From positions 2,099 to 66,098 of the forward strand of contig JABHYO010000087.1 in assembly GCA_018656865.1 (NCBI GenBank): DNA of 64,000 nucleotides. Direction: 5' to 3'. Source of the DNA: Gammaproteobacteria bacterium. GTDB taxonomy: Bacteria > Pseudomonadota > Gammaproteobacteria > Pseudomonadales > Azotimanducaceae. The position numbers and the translations under genes are program-made. This document shows, piece by piece, positions 7,025 to 15,444 of the stretch; positions within the stretch are counted from its first letter, which is position 1; the number at the start of each line of letters is the position of its first letter. The notes beneath the pieces were generated by a model that was not told where the DNA came from, searched no databases, and saw only the letters and a program-made list of their open reading frames with translations.

Positions 7025-8917
7025 ATGAGTTATCAGGTTCTAGCCAGGAAGTATCGCCCAGCCTCTTTCCAGGAGTTGGAAGGGCAGGAACACGTACTCC
7101 AGGCATTGATCAATGCACTGGACAATGAACGACTGCATCACGCCTACCTGTTTACAGGTACCCGTGGGGTTGGCAAGACTACGATTGCCAGGATTTTGGC
7201 ACGTTGCCTGAACTGCGAAACCGGTGTGACCTCTACGCCCTGCGGTACCTGCAGCACCTGCGTTGAAATCACGGAAGGTCGTAGCGTCGATTTGATTGAG
7301 GTGGACGCGGCCTCCAGGACCGGTGTCGATGACATGCGCGAGTTACTGGATAACGTCCAGTACATGCCGAGTGTTAGTCGGTTTAAGATTTACCTCATCG
7401 ACGAGGTTCATATGCTCTCTCGCAGCAGCTTTAACGCTATGTTGAAGACGCTGGAAGAGCCGCCGGAACATGTCAAATTCCTGTTCGCGACCACGGATCC
7501 GAAAAAGCTGCCAATTACTGTCCTTTCCCGCTGCCTGCAGTTCAATCTAAAAAATCTCTCTCCGGAGCAGATCGTGAACTACCTGGTGCAGGTGCTGGAC
7601 AGAGAATCCATCGCCTATGACGACTCTGGCTTGTGGCAACTGGGTCATGCCGCAGATGGCAGCATGAGAGATGCTCTGAGTCTTACGGATCAGGCGATTT
7701 CGTTCGGTAACAATGAAGTAAGAGATGAATCGGTCAGCACGATGCTTGGGAGTATCGATCGCCAGATTGTTTTCGAACTGCTTGAACATATCAGCACCGG
7801 CAAAGGCGCCGCGTTACTGGAAACAGTGGCGAAACTCTCGGATTTTTCTCCAGACTACGCCGCTCTGCTTGATGACATCCTTTCAGTCTTGCACAGGGTG
7901 GCTGTCGCTCATGCGGTTGCTGATGCCGTTGATAATGCCCAGGGCGATCGAGATCAGATATTGGCAGCAGCCAGGGAGATTCCGGCGGAACAGGTTCAAT
8001 TGCTCTATCAGATTGGTCTGATTGGACAGCGGGATCTACCGCTTGCGCCCATGCCGCGGGTTGGGTTTGAGATGGTGCTGCTTAGAATGCTGTCTTTTTA
8101 CCCCAGTGGCTCAGCCGGGAACGAATCGCCGGTGGTTGAACGGACAACATCGCAGCAGTCAGCCTCCGGCAGTTCGAGTGCTTCACCCGTTGCGGAGCTG
8201 ATGTCTGCGATTAACGGATCGCCAGAAAAGGCGGATATGGTCAGCCCTGACGAAGTGTCGTTAGAAAAAAAAGTGTCAGTGGAGAAGAAAGAGCCGGCAG
8301 AAAAGAAAGTACTGGCAGAAAAGAAAGTACTGGCAGAAAAGAAAGAGCCAGTAGAAAAGAAAGTACCGGTGGCGAAGAAAGTACCGGAAGAGAAGAAAGT
8401 GCCTCTAGAGAAGAAAGTGCTGGTAGAAAAGCCTGTAGAAAAGAAAGAGCCGGTTGAGCAGATAGAAGCATCAGCACCGCCGGTATCAACAGACGAACAG
8501 ATTTCCAGGGACTTACCAGCGCTTGAACCGGCAAACTGGGCTCGGATTCTTGAGCTGCTTGATCTCTCCGGTGTAACACGGACGCTGGCTGCTAATTGTC
8601 AACTTGAATCGGTGGGGGATAAAGAATGTCTGCTGAGGTTGGCTGAGCATCATGCGAGTTTATGGAATGTCAGTCATGAAAAACGTATCGCTACGGGGCT
8701 TGCTGGTTTGTATAGTCGGAAGATCAAAGTAGCCATAGAAGTTGGCGAGACAGATGTGGAAACACCGGCCCAAAGGGATGAACGGGAACGGCAGGATGAG
8801 CAGGCAAAAGCGGTTGAAGAGATTCAGAACGACGAGCATGTGCAGCAACTGGTTGAAAATTTTAATGGTCGAATAGACCCTGACAGTATTTCACCTTTAA
8901 GACAGGCAGAACCCTGA
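7025..8917 (+). CDS. dnaX: DNA polymerase III subunit tau/gamma
   Basis: [12 protein letters not shown] start, Walker [10 protein letters not shown], Zn module [22 protein letters not shown]. The tracked ORF start at 6965 is an upstream extension. Confidence 0.95.
   Translation: MSYQVLARKYRPASFQELEGQEHVLQALINALDNERLHHAYLFTGTRGVGKTTIARILARCLNCETGVTSTPCGTCSTCVEITEGRSVDLIEVDAASRTGVDDMRELLDNVQYMPSVSRFKIYLIDEVHMLSRSSFNAMLKTLEEPPEHVKFLFATTDPKKLPITVLSRCLQFNLKNLSPEQIVNYLVQVLDRESIAYDDSGLWQLGHAADGSMRDALSLTDQAISFGNNEVRDESVSTMLGSIDRQIVFELLEHISTGKGAALLETVAKLSDFSPDYAALLDDILSVLHRVAVAHAVADAVDNAQGDRDQILAAAREIPAEQVQLLYQIGLIGQRDLPLAPMPRVGFEMVLLRMLSFYPSGSAGNESPVVERTTSQQSASGSSSASPVAELMSAINGSPEKADMVSPDEVSLEKKVSVEKKEPAEKKVLAEKKVLAEKKEPVEKKVPVAKKVPEEKKVPLEKKVLVEKPVEKKEPVEQIEASAPPVSTDEQISRDLPALEPANWARILELLDLSGVTRTLAANCQLESVGDKECLLRLAEHHASLWNVSHEKRIATGLAGLYSRKIKVAIEVGETDVETPAQRDERERQDEQAKAVEEIQNDEHVQQLVENFNGRIDPDSISPLRQAEP
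8264..8457 (+). repeat. In-frame 18-bp tandem repeat (~11 units, hexapeptide EKKVxx) within dnaX
   Basis: [54 protein letters not shown] ... Two units are identical at DNA level (gcagaaaagaaagtactg x2). The array begins with an A8 run at 8265-8272. Confidence 0.85.
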
Positions 8918-9261
8918 TGGCATTGGGAGACGGACTTGGTGGTCTGGGCGGTATGATGAAAACAGCCCAGGACATGCAGGAAAAGGTACAAAAGCTTCAG
9001 GAAGAAGTCGCCAATATGGAAGTGATTGGCGAGTCTGGAGCGGGCCTCGTAAAAATTCGTATGACCGGCAGACATGATGTCCGCAACGTGGAAATTGATG
9101 ACAGCCTGATGACGGAATCTAAGGAAGTGTTGGAAGACCTGATTGCTGCTGCCATGAATGATGCAGTTCGTCGGGCTGAACAGGCACAGCAGGAGAAGAT
9201 GGCCAGTTTGACGGCAGGTATTCCTCTGCCTCCCGGATTCAAATTTCCCTTTTCATCCTAA
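8917..9261 (+). CDS. ybaB: Nucleoid-associated protein YbaB/EbfC
   Basis: [22 protein letters not shown]... is typical YbaB. Canonical dnaX-ybaB-recR order. The ATG shares 1 nt with the dnaX TGA. Confidence 0.9.
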   Translation: MALGDGLGGLGGMMKTAQDMQEKVQKLQEEVANMEVIGESGAGLVKIRMTGRHDVRNVEIDDSLMTESKEVLEDLIAAAMNDAVRRAEQAQQEKMASLTAGIPLPPGFKFPFSS

Positions 9262-9281
9262 ACCAGTCCTCCGAGAAGCAG

Positions 9282-9884
9282 ATGAAACAGCAATCACTTA
9301 TAGATGAGGTCATTGATGCCTTCCGTTGTCTGCCGGGGGTCGGTCCAAAAAGCGCGCAGCGCATGCTGCTTTATCTGTTGGAAAGAGACCGGGAAGGTGG
9401 GCGCAATCTGGGTAGGTTGCTGATTAGTGCCGTTGAAAAAATTGGTCATTGCAGTTCATGTCGTAACTTTTCCGAGGCTGAGGAATGCGAGATCTGTCAG
9501 GATCGTCGCAGAGATCCTGACACACTCTGTGTGGTCGAGACTTCGGCAGATGTCATGGCGATAGAACAGTCTGGCAGCTTTCGCGGCTATTACTTCGTGT
9601 TGATGGGTACACTCTCGCCGATAGATGGTCGTGGTCCCGACGAAATCGGGGTCGATCATCTGGTGAAGCGCTGCAGCACGAATGTGAAAGAGGTTATCTT
9701 GGCAATATCGTCAACGGTTGAAGGCGAGGCCACGGCACACTACATCTCGGAAGCGCTGCAGACGCTGCCCGTGTCCATTTCTCGAATTGCCCAGGGCATA
9801 CCGCTCGGCGGTGAACTCGAATATGTTGATGGGGGTACGCTTACCCACGCCATCGAAGGAAGAAAACGGTTACGAGTTGAGTAA
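9282..9884 (+). CDS. recR: Recombination protein RecR
   Basis: LPGVGPKSAQRM helix-hairpin-helix, Cys4 zinc finger CSSCRNFSEAEECEIC, Toprim region. Confidence 0.95.
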   Translation: MKQQSLIDEVIDAFRCLPGVGPKSAQRMLLYLLERDREGGRNLGRLLISAVEKIGHCSSCRNFSEAEECEICQDRRRDPDTLCVVETSADVMAIEQSGSFRGYYFVLMGTLSPIDGRGPDEIGVDHLVKRCSTNVKEVILAISSTVEGEATAHYISEALQTLPVSISRIAQGIPLGGELEYVDGGTLTHAIEGRKRLRVE

Positions 9885-11007
9885 GTCATCCGTCAACTAC
9901 ATTTATGTCGATAGCACCGATCAACTGGAAGCAATGGCGCAAGCCTGCAGGGTGGTTGATGTGCTTGCCGTCGATACTGAGTTTGCACGATTCAATACCT
10001 ACTATCCCATCGTCGGGCTGGTTCAGATTTACACAGGTAAGGCCTGTTATCTGATCGATCCCCTGGATATTGAAGATCTTGGTCCCCTGGCGGAGCTCCT
10101 GGTGGATCAGAGTATCCTGAAGGTTTTTCATGCCTGCTCCGAAGATATGGAAGTCTTTCAGCACGCACTCGGAATCGTTCCCTCCCCAGTATTTGATACC
10201 CAAATATCGGGTGCTGTACTGGGCGTCGGTTTTTCAATGGGGTACCAGGCCATGGTGGAACACTACCTGGATATTTCACTACCCAAAGACCAGACTCGAT
10301 CGGACTGGCTGGCACGTCCGCTTTCAAGCGATCAGCTTGACTATGCCGCGCTCGATGTTATCCACCTCTTGCAGGTATACGAAAAGCAGTTTTTGGCACT
10401 GGAAGAGTCATCGAAGCAAGCCTGGGTTGAAGCGGAGTCGTTAGCACTCGGTAGGGATATTCCGACCATGATCGACCCTGAGCTTTACTATATTAAAATC
10501 AAAGGATTGTGGCAGCTTGATAGAAAGCAGCTCAACCTTTTAAGGACACTTTGTGCCTGGCGAGAACAGACAGCCAGAACAGAAAACAAACCCAGGAACC
10601 GGATCGTTGATCAGAAAGCCCTGGTGACAATTGTCCGCCAGGGTATCGACGATCGACAGGGGTTTCAGCAGGAGGCAAAGATGACGCCGCGACAGGTTCG
10701 AAAGTATGCGGACAATATTTTGTTTCTTATGGATGAGGCGAACCTGGTACCCGAAAATGAATGTCCTCCAAAAGTTAAACGTGAAGACACGCCGGTCAGC
10801 AGCACAAAATTGAATCACCTTCGTCAAATCGTTGAGCAAAGGGCGGAGGCGCTTACAGTTGCGCCGGAGTTGCTGACAAAACGACGCCATTTGGAAAAGC
10901 TGATTCGGTCGGGAAATGGCAGCGCGGGCTATCAGTTGCCGGAGGAACTTCTTGGCTGGCGTGAACAGGCGATTGGTCAGGCTTTGCTGGAGGCTCTGGC
11001 GGAATGA
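9877..11007 (+). CDS. rnd: Ribonuclease D
   Basis: DEDD exonuclease motif LAVDTEFARFNTYYPIVGLVQI plus an HRDC region. By alignment to E. coli MNYQMITT..., the N-terminus should sit just before VNYIYVD. The only start codon there is TTG at 9877; the in-frame ATG at 9823 is the alternative. Confidence 0.8.
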   Translation: MSKSSVNYIYVDSTDQLEAMAQACRVVDVLAVDTEFARFNTYYPIVGLVQIYTGKACYLIDPLDIEDLGPLAELLVDQSILKVFHACSEDMEVFQHALGIVPSPVFDTQISGAVLGVGFSMGYQAMVEHYLDISLPKDQTRSDWLARPLSSDQLDYAALDVIHLLQVYEKQFLALEESSKQAWVEAESLALGRDIPTMIDPELYYIKIKGLWQLDRKQLNLLRTLCAWREQTARTENKPRNRIVDQKALVTIVRQGIDDRQGFQQEAKMTPRQVRKYADNILFLMDEANLVPENECPPKVKREDTPVSSTKLNHLRQIVEQRAEALTVAPELLTKRRHLEKLIRSGNGSAGYQLPEELLGWREQAIGQALLEALAE

Positions 11008-11264
11008 CTGTCGAAATATTTTGTCATGTCTACCGCAGCAGCAGGAAGGAAAATCTCTACATTTATGTCGCTGCCAGTGAAGGATTCGACCGTGTACCGA
11101 AGGAGCTGATGGTTCAGTTTGGCGAACCGGAAAGGGCGCTCTCTTTATTGCTGACACCGGAAAAAAGACTTGCCAGGGAAGACCCGGTAATTGTTATTGA
11201 AAACCTCAAGGCAAAGGGTTATCACCTGCAGCTACCTCCCGCGGATGACCGATTCGGTGAATAG
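11004..11264 (+). CDS. ycgL: YcgL domain protein
   Basis: CHVYRSSRKENLYIYV...FDRVPKELMVQFG...GYHLQLPP resembles E. coli YcgL. ATGA overlap with rnd. Confidence 0.75.
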   Translation: MTVEIFCHVYRSSRKENLYIYVAASEGFDRVPKELMVQFGEPERALSLLLTPEKRLAREDPVIVIENLKAKGYHLQLPPADDRFGE

Positions 11265-11694
11265 TTTCTGGAAAAAGAAAGCATTAACGGAGATGTCAGT
11301 AGAGGAATGGGAATCGCTATGTGACGGTTGTGCTCGATGTTGCCTGCACAAACTCGAAGACGAAGATTCTGACGAAATTTTCTACACTGCTGTCGTCTGC
11401 CGGTACATGGATGAGAATTGTCATTGCACCGAATACAAAGAGAGGTCGGTGCTCGTACCCGACTGTGTACATCTGACACCAGTTGCTGCCCTCGACTACA
11501 AATGGCTGCCTAAGACCTGTGCTTATCGCACGGTGGCCGAGGGACGAGAACTGCTCTGGTGGCATCCGCTGGTTTCCGGGTCGACGGAGACTGTGCACGA
11601 GGCTGGCATCTCAATTCAGGATAAATGCGTGTCTGAACTGCATGTACACCCTGACAGCCTGGAAGACCAGGTTATAACCTGGGTCGAGCACTAG
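11245..11694 (+). CDS. ycgN: UPF0260 family protein YcgN
   Basis: FWKKKALTEMSVEEWESLCDGCARCCLHKLED matches the YcgN N-terminus. Start placed at the internal ATG at 11245. Confidence 0.8.
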   Translation: MTDSVNSFWKKKALTEMSVEEWESLCDGCARCCLHKLEDEDSDEIFYTAVVCRYMDENCHCTEYKERSVLVPDCVHLTPVAALDYKWLPKTCAYRTVAEGRELLWWHPLVSGSTETVHEAGISIQDKCVSELHVHPDSLEDQVITWVEH

Positions 11695-11713
11695 CAGCCT
11701 GCCGGAGCGATTG

Positions 11714-12058
11714 ATGGACGACTTCATTACCGAATATCAGTATTTAATCGCCTGGGGTATCTACATCGGCTTTGGTTTTCTGTTTTGCCTGTTCTGGTGG
11801 AAGATAACATCCGGTTTCAGACATGCCGGTTGGAAGGACCTGCTTAGGGGAATTACGGTAGTCGTTATCTTTACACCCTGGTATGTCAGCGCAGCCCGTG
11901 AACATGCAGCTCCGGCGGCGGTAGTGGTTGCCTTGGATCTGATGCTGGGTAGCACTGACAATGGTCTTGCCGGTTCACTCGCGCTACTGGTGGCGACAGC
12001 GATTATGTTGATGCTGTTGATTGTCAGGCGGCTCCGGGGAAGACCCGGGCGGCAATAA
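11714..12058 (+). CDS. Small integral membrane protein, unknown function
   Basis: About three hydrophobic helices (YLIAWGIYIGFGFLFCLFWW; ITVVVIFTPW; LALLVATAIMLMLLIV). No recognisable family. Confidence 0.5.
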   Translation: MDDFITEYQYLIAWGIYIGFGFLFCLFWWKITSGFRHAGWKDLLRGITVVVIFTPWYVSAAREHAAPAAVVVALDLMLGSTDNGLAGSLALLVATAIMLMLLIVRRLRGRPGRQ

Positions 12059-12156
12059 CACCTATTGAGAGCGCGTCATTGCCGGGTGGAATTGGCTGGC
12101 ATAATTGTCGGCCAGACGTTATATTGCCGTGCTTTTATGCTTTTGGATTTGTATCA

Positions 12157-13008
12157 ATGAAATTTTCCAGTACGTCGACCTACATAGCGACGGAAGAGCT
12201 GCAAATGGCTGTGAACGCTGCAGTTGAGCTCGAAAGACCACTTCTGATCAAGGGTGAACCAGGTACCGGTAAAACCATGCTAGCGGAAGAAATCGCCAGT
12301 TCGCTAGGTATGGAACTCATTCCCTGGCATATCAAATCAACGACCAAGGCGCAGCAGGGGTTGTATGAATACGATGCCGTATCCAGGCTCCGAGACTCAC
12401 AGCTCGGTGATGAGAAGGTCCACGATATCAAGAACTACATTGAAAGAGGCAAGCTCTGGGATGCCTTCGACGCCGACAAAAAGGTCGTGCTGCTGATTGA
12501 TGAAATCGACAAGGCTGACATCGAATTCCCGAATGATTTGCTCTTAGAACTCGATCGTATGGAGTTTCACGTTTATGAAACAGGCGAGACGGTAAAAGCT
12601 AAGCAGCGTCCTGTAGTCGTGATTACCAGTAACAACGAGAAAGAACTGCCAGATGCCTTCCTGCGTCGTTGTTTCTTTCACTATATTCAGTTTCCAGATA
12701 GAGACACGATGGCAGATATCATCGAGGTCCATCATCCGAAGATCAAACAGGATCTGGTTAAGGAAGCAATGGAGATCTTCTTCGACGTGCGCAAGGTGCC
12801 AGGTCTGAAAAAGAAGCCGTCTACGTCCGAATTGATTGACTGGCTGAAGCTGCTGATGGCAGACGATATTCCCGATGAGATCCTGACGAATCGCGACACT
12901 TCCAAGGCCATTCCTCCGCTCTACGGAGCGCTCGTCAAGAATGAGCAGGATGTGCAGTTGCTTGAGCGTCTTGCCTTTATGAATCGCAGGCAGAGCAGCG
13001 GGGGTTAG
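12157..13008 (+). CDS. MoxR/CoxD-like AAA+ ATPase
   Basis: Walker A GEPGTGKT, Walker B VVLLIDEIDKA, sensor region ITSNNEKELPDAFLRRC. Start placed at MKFSS (12157). Confidence 0.85.
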   Translation: MKFSSTSTYIATEELQMAVNAAVELERPLLIKGEPGTGKTMLAEEIASSLGMELIPWHIKSTTKAQQGLYEYDAVSRLRDSQLGDEKVHDIKNYIERGKLWDAFDADKKVVLLIDEIDKADIEFPNDLLLELDRMEFHVYETGETVKAKQRPVVVITSNNEKELPDAFLRRCFFHYIQFPDRDTMADIIEVHHPKIKQDLVKEAMEIFFDVRKVPGLKKKPSTSELIDWLKLLMADDIPDEILTNRDTSKAIPPLYGALVKNEQDVQLLERLAFMNRRQSSGG

Positions 13009-13063
13009 CAGCTTTCGACACGCCGTCGGTTAGTCGAAAATCTGCAGCGGAAGCAATGGTGAA

Positions 13064-13083
13064 TTTGTGTTGCACAACACAAA
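13064..13083. promoter_or_regulatory. Near-perfect 20-bp palindrome (possible operator)
   Basis: TTTGTGTTG-CA-CAACACAAA. It contains TGTGT-N6-ACACA, the spacing of CRP-family sites. Lies in the moxR-vwa spacer. Confidence 0.3.
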
Positions 13084-13106
13084 ATTGTTGTTGCGGGAGC
13101 TAACAG

Positions 13107-13135
13107 TTTCTGACAAACCGTAGGTTTGTCAGAAA
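13107..13135. repeat. Perfect 13-bp stem / 3-nt loop hairpin related to the ends of repeat family A
   Basis: TTTCTGACAAACC-GTA-GGTTTGTCAGAAA, flanked by GCTAACAG...TCTAG. Compare GCTAGTTTCCTGACAA at the left end of family A. No T-run follows. Confidence 0.5.
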
Positions 13136-13149
13136 TCTAGAGAAAATAC

Positions 13150-14298
13150 ATGCTGATCAACTTCTTCTTCACATTAAAGCAGGCCCGGATACCGGTTTCG
13201 ATTACCGAGTTATTGCATCTGCTCGATATTCTGAAAGCCCGGCTGGTTTATGCGGATGTTGACGAGTTTTACTATTTGAGTCGAATGGCGCTGGTGAAGG
13301 ATGAGCGGCACTATGACAAGTTCGACCGTGCATTCAGCAACTACTTCAAGGGCCTTGAAGATCTTTCAAGCCTGCTGGCATCTATGATTCCGGACGAATA
13401 CCTGCGCCGTGAGTTCGAAAAAAGCCTGACGCCCGAGGAATTGGAAAAAATCAAATCCCTCGGTGGTCTGGAAAAACTGATCGAGGCTTTCAAAAAGGAA
13501 GTTGAAGAAGCTGCCCGAGGTGAGGGTAAGGACAAGGAAAAGGAAGGCAAAGGCGAGAAAGGTCGCGGTCGGGAAGGCGACCGCGGTGGCAAGAAGCGCC
13601 GTGGCAAGAGGCAGTGGGACAAACGTGACTACAAGGCCTACGACGACAATGTCGAACTTGGCACAAGGGGTCTGAAAATCTCACTCAGGCGGCTGAGAAA
13701 ATTGGCTCGCCAGGGTGCCGAGGATGAATTCGATATCGACAATACGATCAGCAAGACCGCCAGGAACGGCGGGCTGCTTGATATCATCATGCGACCGGAG
13801 CGACGTAACACCGTCAAGGTTCTGCTGATACTCGATAATGGTGGTTCCATGGATGCCCATGTGAAGGTATGTGAGGAGCTTTTCTCAGCGGCACGGAGCG
13901 AATTTAAGCACCTCGAAACCTACTATTTTCACAACTTCATCTATGACGGCATGTGGAAGGAACACAACCGGCGCATGAACGAAAGAATCGATACATTCGA
14001 TATCCTTCACAAGTACACACATGACTACAAAGTTATCTTTGTTGGCGATGCCACCATGGCGCCTTATGAAATTACGCACGCCGGTGGATCTGTCGAACAC
14101 TGGAATGAAGAGGCAGGGGCTATCTGGATGCAGCGGATGCTGGACACCTTCGAAAAGGTCATCTGGATCAATCCGACGCCGCAGGATACCTGGGAATACT
14201 CAACTTCCGTTTCCCTCATACAGAAACTGGTCGAAGATAGGATGTACCCGCTGACTATCGCCGGTATCGAAGAAGGAATGAATATCCTGTCAAAATAA
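13150..14298 (+). CDS. VWA domain protein, CoxE-like, partner of the MoxR ATPase
   Basis: N-terminus MLINFFFTLKQARIPVSITELL and a C-terminal VWA/MIDAS-like LLILDNGGSMD. K/E/G/R-rich insert (GEGKDKEKEGKGEKGRGREGDRGGKKRRGK). Confidence 0.8.
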   Translation: MLINFFFTLKQARIPVSITELLHLLDILKARLVYADVDEFYYLSRMALVKDERHYDKFDRAFSNYFKGLEDLSSLLASMIPDEYLRREFEKSLTPEELEKIKSLGGLEKLIEAFKKEVEEAARGEGKDKEKEGKGEKGRGREGDRGGKKRRGKRQWDKRDYKAYDDNVELGTRGLKISLRRLRKLARQGAEDEFDIDNTISKTARNGGLLDIIMRPERRNTVKVLLILDNGGSMDAHVKVCEELFSAARSEFKHLETYYFHNFIYDGMWKEHNRRMNERIDTFDILHKYTHDYKVIFVGDATMAPYEITHAGGSVEHWNEEAGAIWMQRMLDTFEKVIWINPTPQDTWEYSTSVSLIQKLVEDRMYPLTIAGIEEGMNILSK

Positions 14299-14327
14299 CA
14301 TTCTTGTTCAGAGGTTCCCTAGCCATC

Positions 14328-15434
14328 ATGCCGAGAAGTCTCATCCGGAGATCCAAATACCTCGTCTGCTGGGGCGTGCTCTTTGCTGTAGCTGCCTGTA
14401 CCGACTCTTCTGAATTGAACAAGAACGGATCTGCCAGGCAGGCGCAGAGTGATCCGGTTCAGGTACAGACGACTCGCCTTCGGCTCCAGGATTGGCACGG
14501 CAGTATCACCACCTTCGGTAGTGTCGAAGCTGCCGAAGAGATTCAGCTCAGCCTTGATTTTCCCGCTACTGTCGACGAAGTGCTTGTCGATGAAGGCGAG
14601 CCTGTAGAAGTTGGGCAACTGCTGATCAGCATGGAGCAGGAAAAGCCGCAACTGCGTTCCCAACAAGCCAATGAGTTTGCCCTGAGGTCTAAGGCCGCCC
14701 TGGACGATGCCTATCTCGATCTGCAAAGGCGAAGACGACTAGCAGAAATGGAAACAGTGTCAAAAGAGATACTGGACAAGGCGAAACTGGCTGTAAAGAG
14801 TTCTGAGGCAGCATACCGTCAGTCTCTGGCCGCAAAGCGACTGGCAGAAAAGGAACTGGCTGAAAGTCGTATCACCAGTCCGGTTGTCGGTGTGGTTGAT
14901 GTCCGTGCTGTGGAAAAAGGCCAGAGTGTCCCGGCCGGTTCAAACCTGATGACCATACAAGCCACCCGCGCTCTTCAGGTGAAGACATGGGTGAGCGAGA
15001 AAGACGTGGGATTAGTCGGTAACGGTGCCAGTGCCCGAATCGAATTAAGCAGTCGGCCCACGAATATCTTTAACGGTAAGGTCAAATCCGTGGGGATCAG
15101 TGCTCATCCAGCTACCGGTAATTTTCCCGTTGAGGTCGTTATCGAGGATGGAGACCAGCTTGCCCGTCCTGGAATGACAGCAAAGGTGGAAATTCAGGGT
15201 TTGACTACGCCTAAAGTATTGCTGCTACCTGAGGCCGCACTGGTTGATCGCAATAGACGCAGGGTCGTTTATGTCCTGCAGGACGATGGATTTGCCAGGG
15301 AAGTGGAACCCCTGTTGAACGTTGGTTTATCGGATCAGATTGTGATCCTCAGCGGCCTGAAAGCCGGAGATCAACTCATCGTTAGCAACCTTGAGCAAGT
15401 CATCGACGGCAGCCGGGTTGTCGCCAGGCCCTGA
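14328..15434 (+). CDS. RND efflux periplasmic adaptor (membrane fusion protein)
   Basis: Lipoprotein-like signal LFAVAAC, then barrel-sandwich/coiled-coil layout (ATVDEVLVDEGEPVEVGQLL ... SPVVGVVDVRAVEKGQSV). Immediately upstream of an RND permease. Confidence 0.85.
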   Translation: MPRSLIRRSKYLVCWGVLFAVAACTDSSELNKNGSARQAQSDPVQVQTTRLRLQDWHGSITTFGSVEAAEEIQLSLDFPATVDEVLVDEGEPVEVGQLLISMEQEKPQLRSQQANEFALRSKAALDDAYLDLQRRRRLAEMETVSKEILDKAKLAVKSSEAAYRQSLAAKRLAEKELAESRITSPVVGVVDVRAVEKGQSVPAGSNLMTIQATRALQVKTWVSEKDVGLVGNGASARIELSSRPTNIFNGKVKSVGISAHPATGNFPVEVVIEDGDQLARPGMTAKVEIQGLTTPKVLLLPEAALVDRNRRRVVYVLQDDGFAREVEPLLNVGLSDQIVILSGLKAGDQLIVSNLEQVIDGSRVVARP

Positions 15435-15444
15435 GCGACCAGTT

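Noticed and set aside
8264-8275. E. coli-style -1 programmed frameshift in dnaX producing gamma
   Set aside because: The slippery A-AAA-AAA is in register. However, there is no upstream SD-like stimulator and no obvious downstream stem-loop, and the -1 frame continues for 62 codons rather than stopping at once. It is mentioned only as a weak possibility under the repeat finding.
10540-11157. 205-aa antisense ORF over the rnd 3' end (similar cases: 16368-16895 and 17740-18255 inside the RND gene, 29843-30340, 31809-32297, 38445-38936, 41030-41509)
   Set aside because: All lie wholly within genes with strong family motifs on the other strand, and none shows a recognisable domain.
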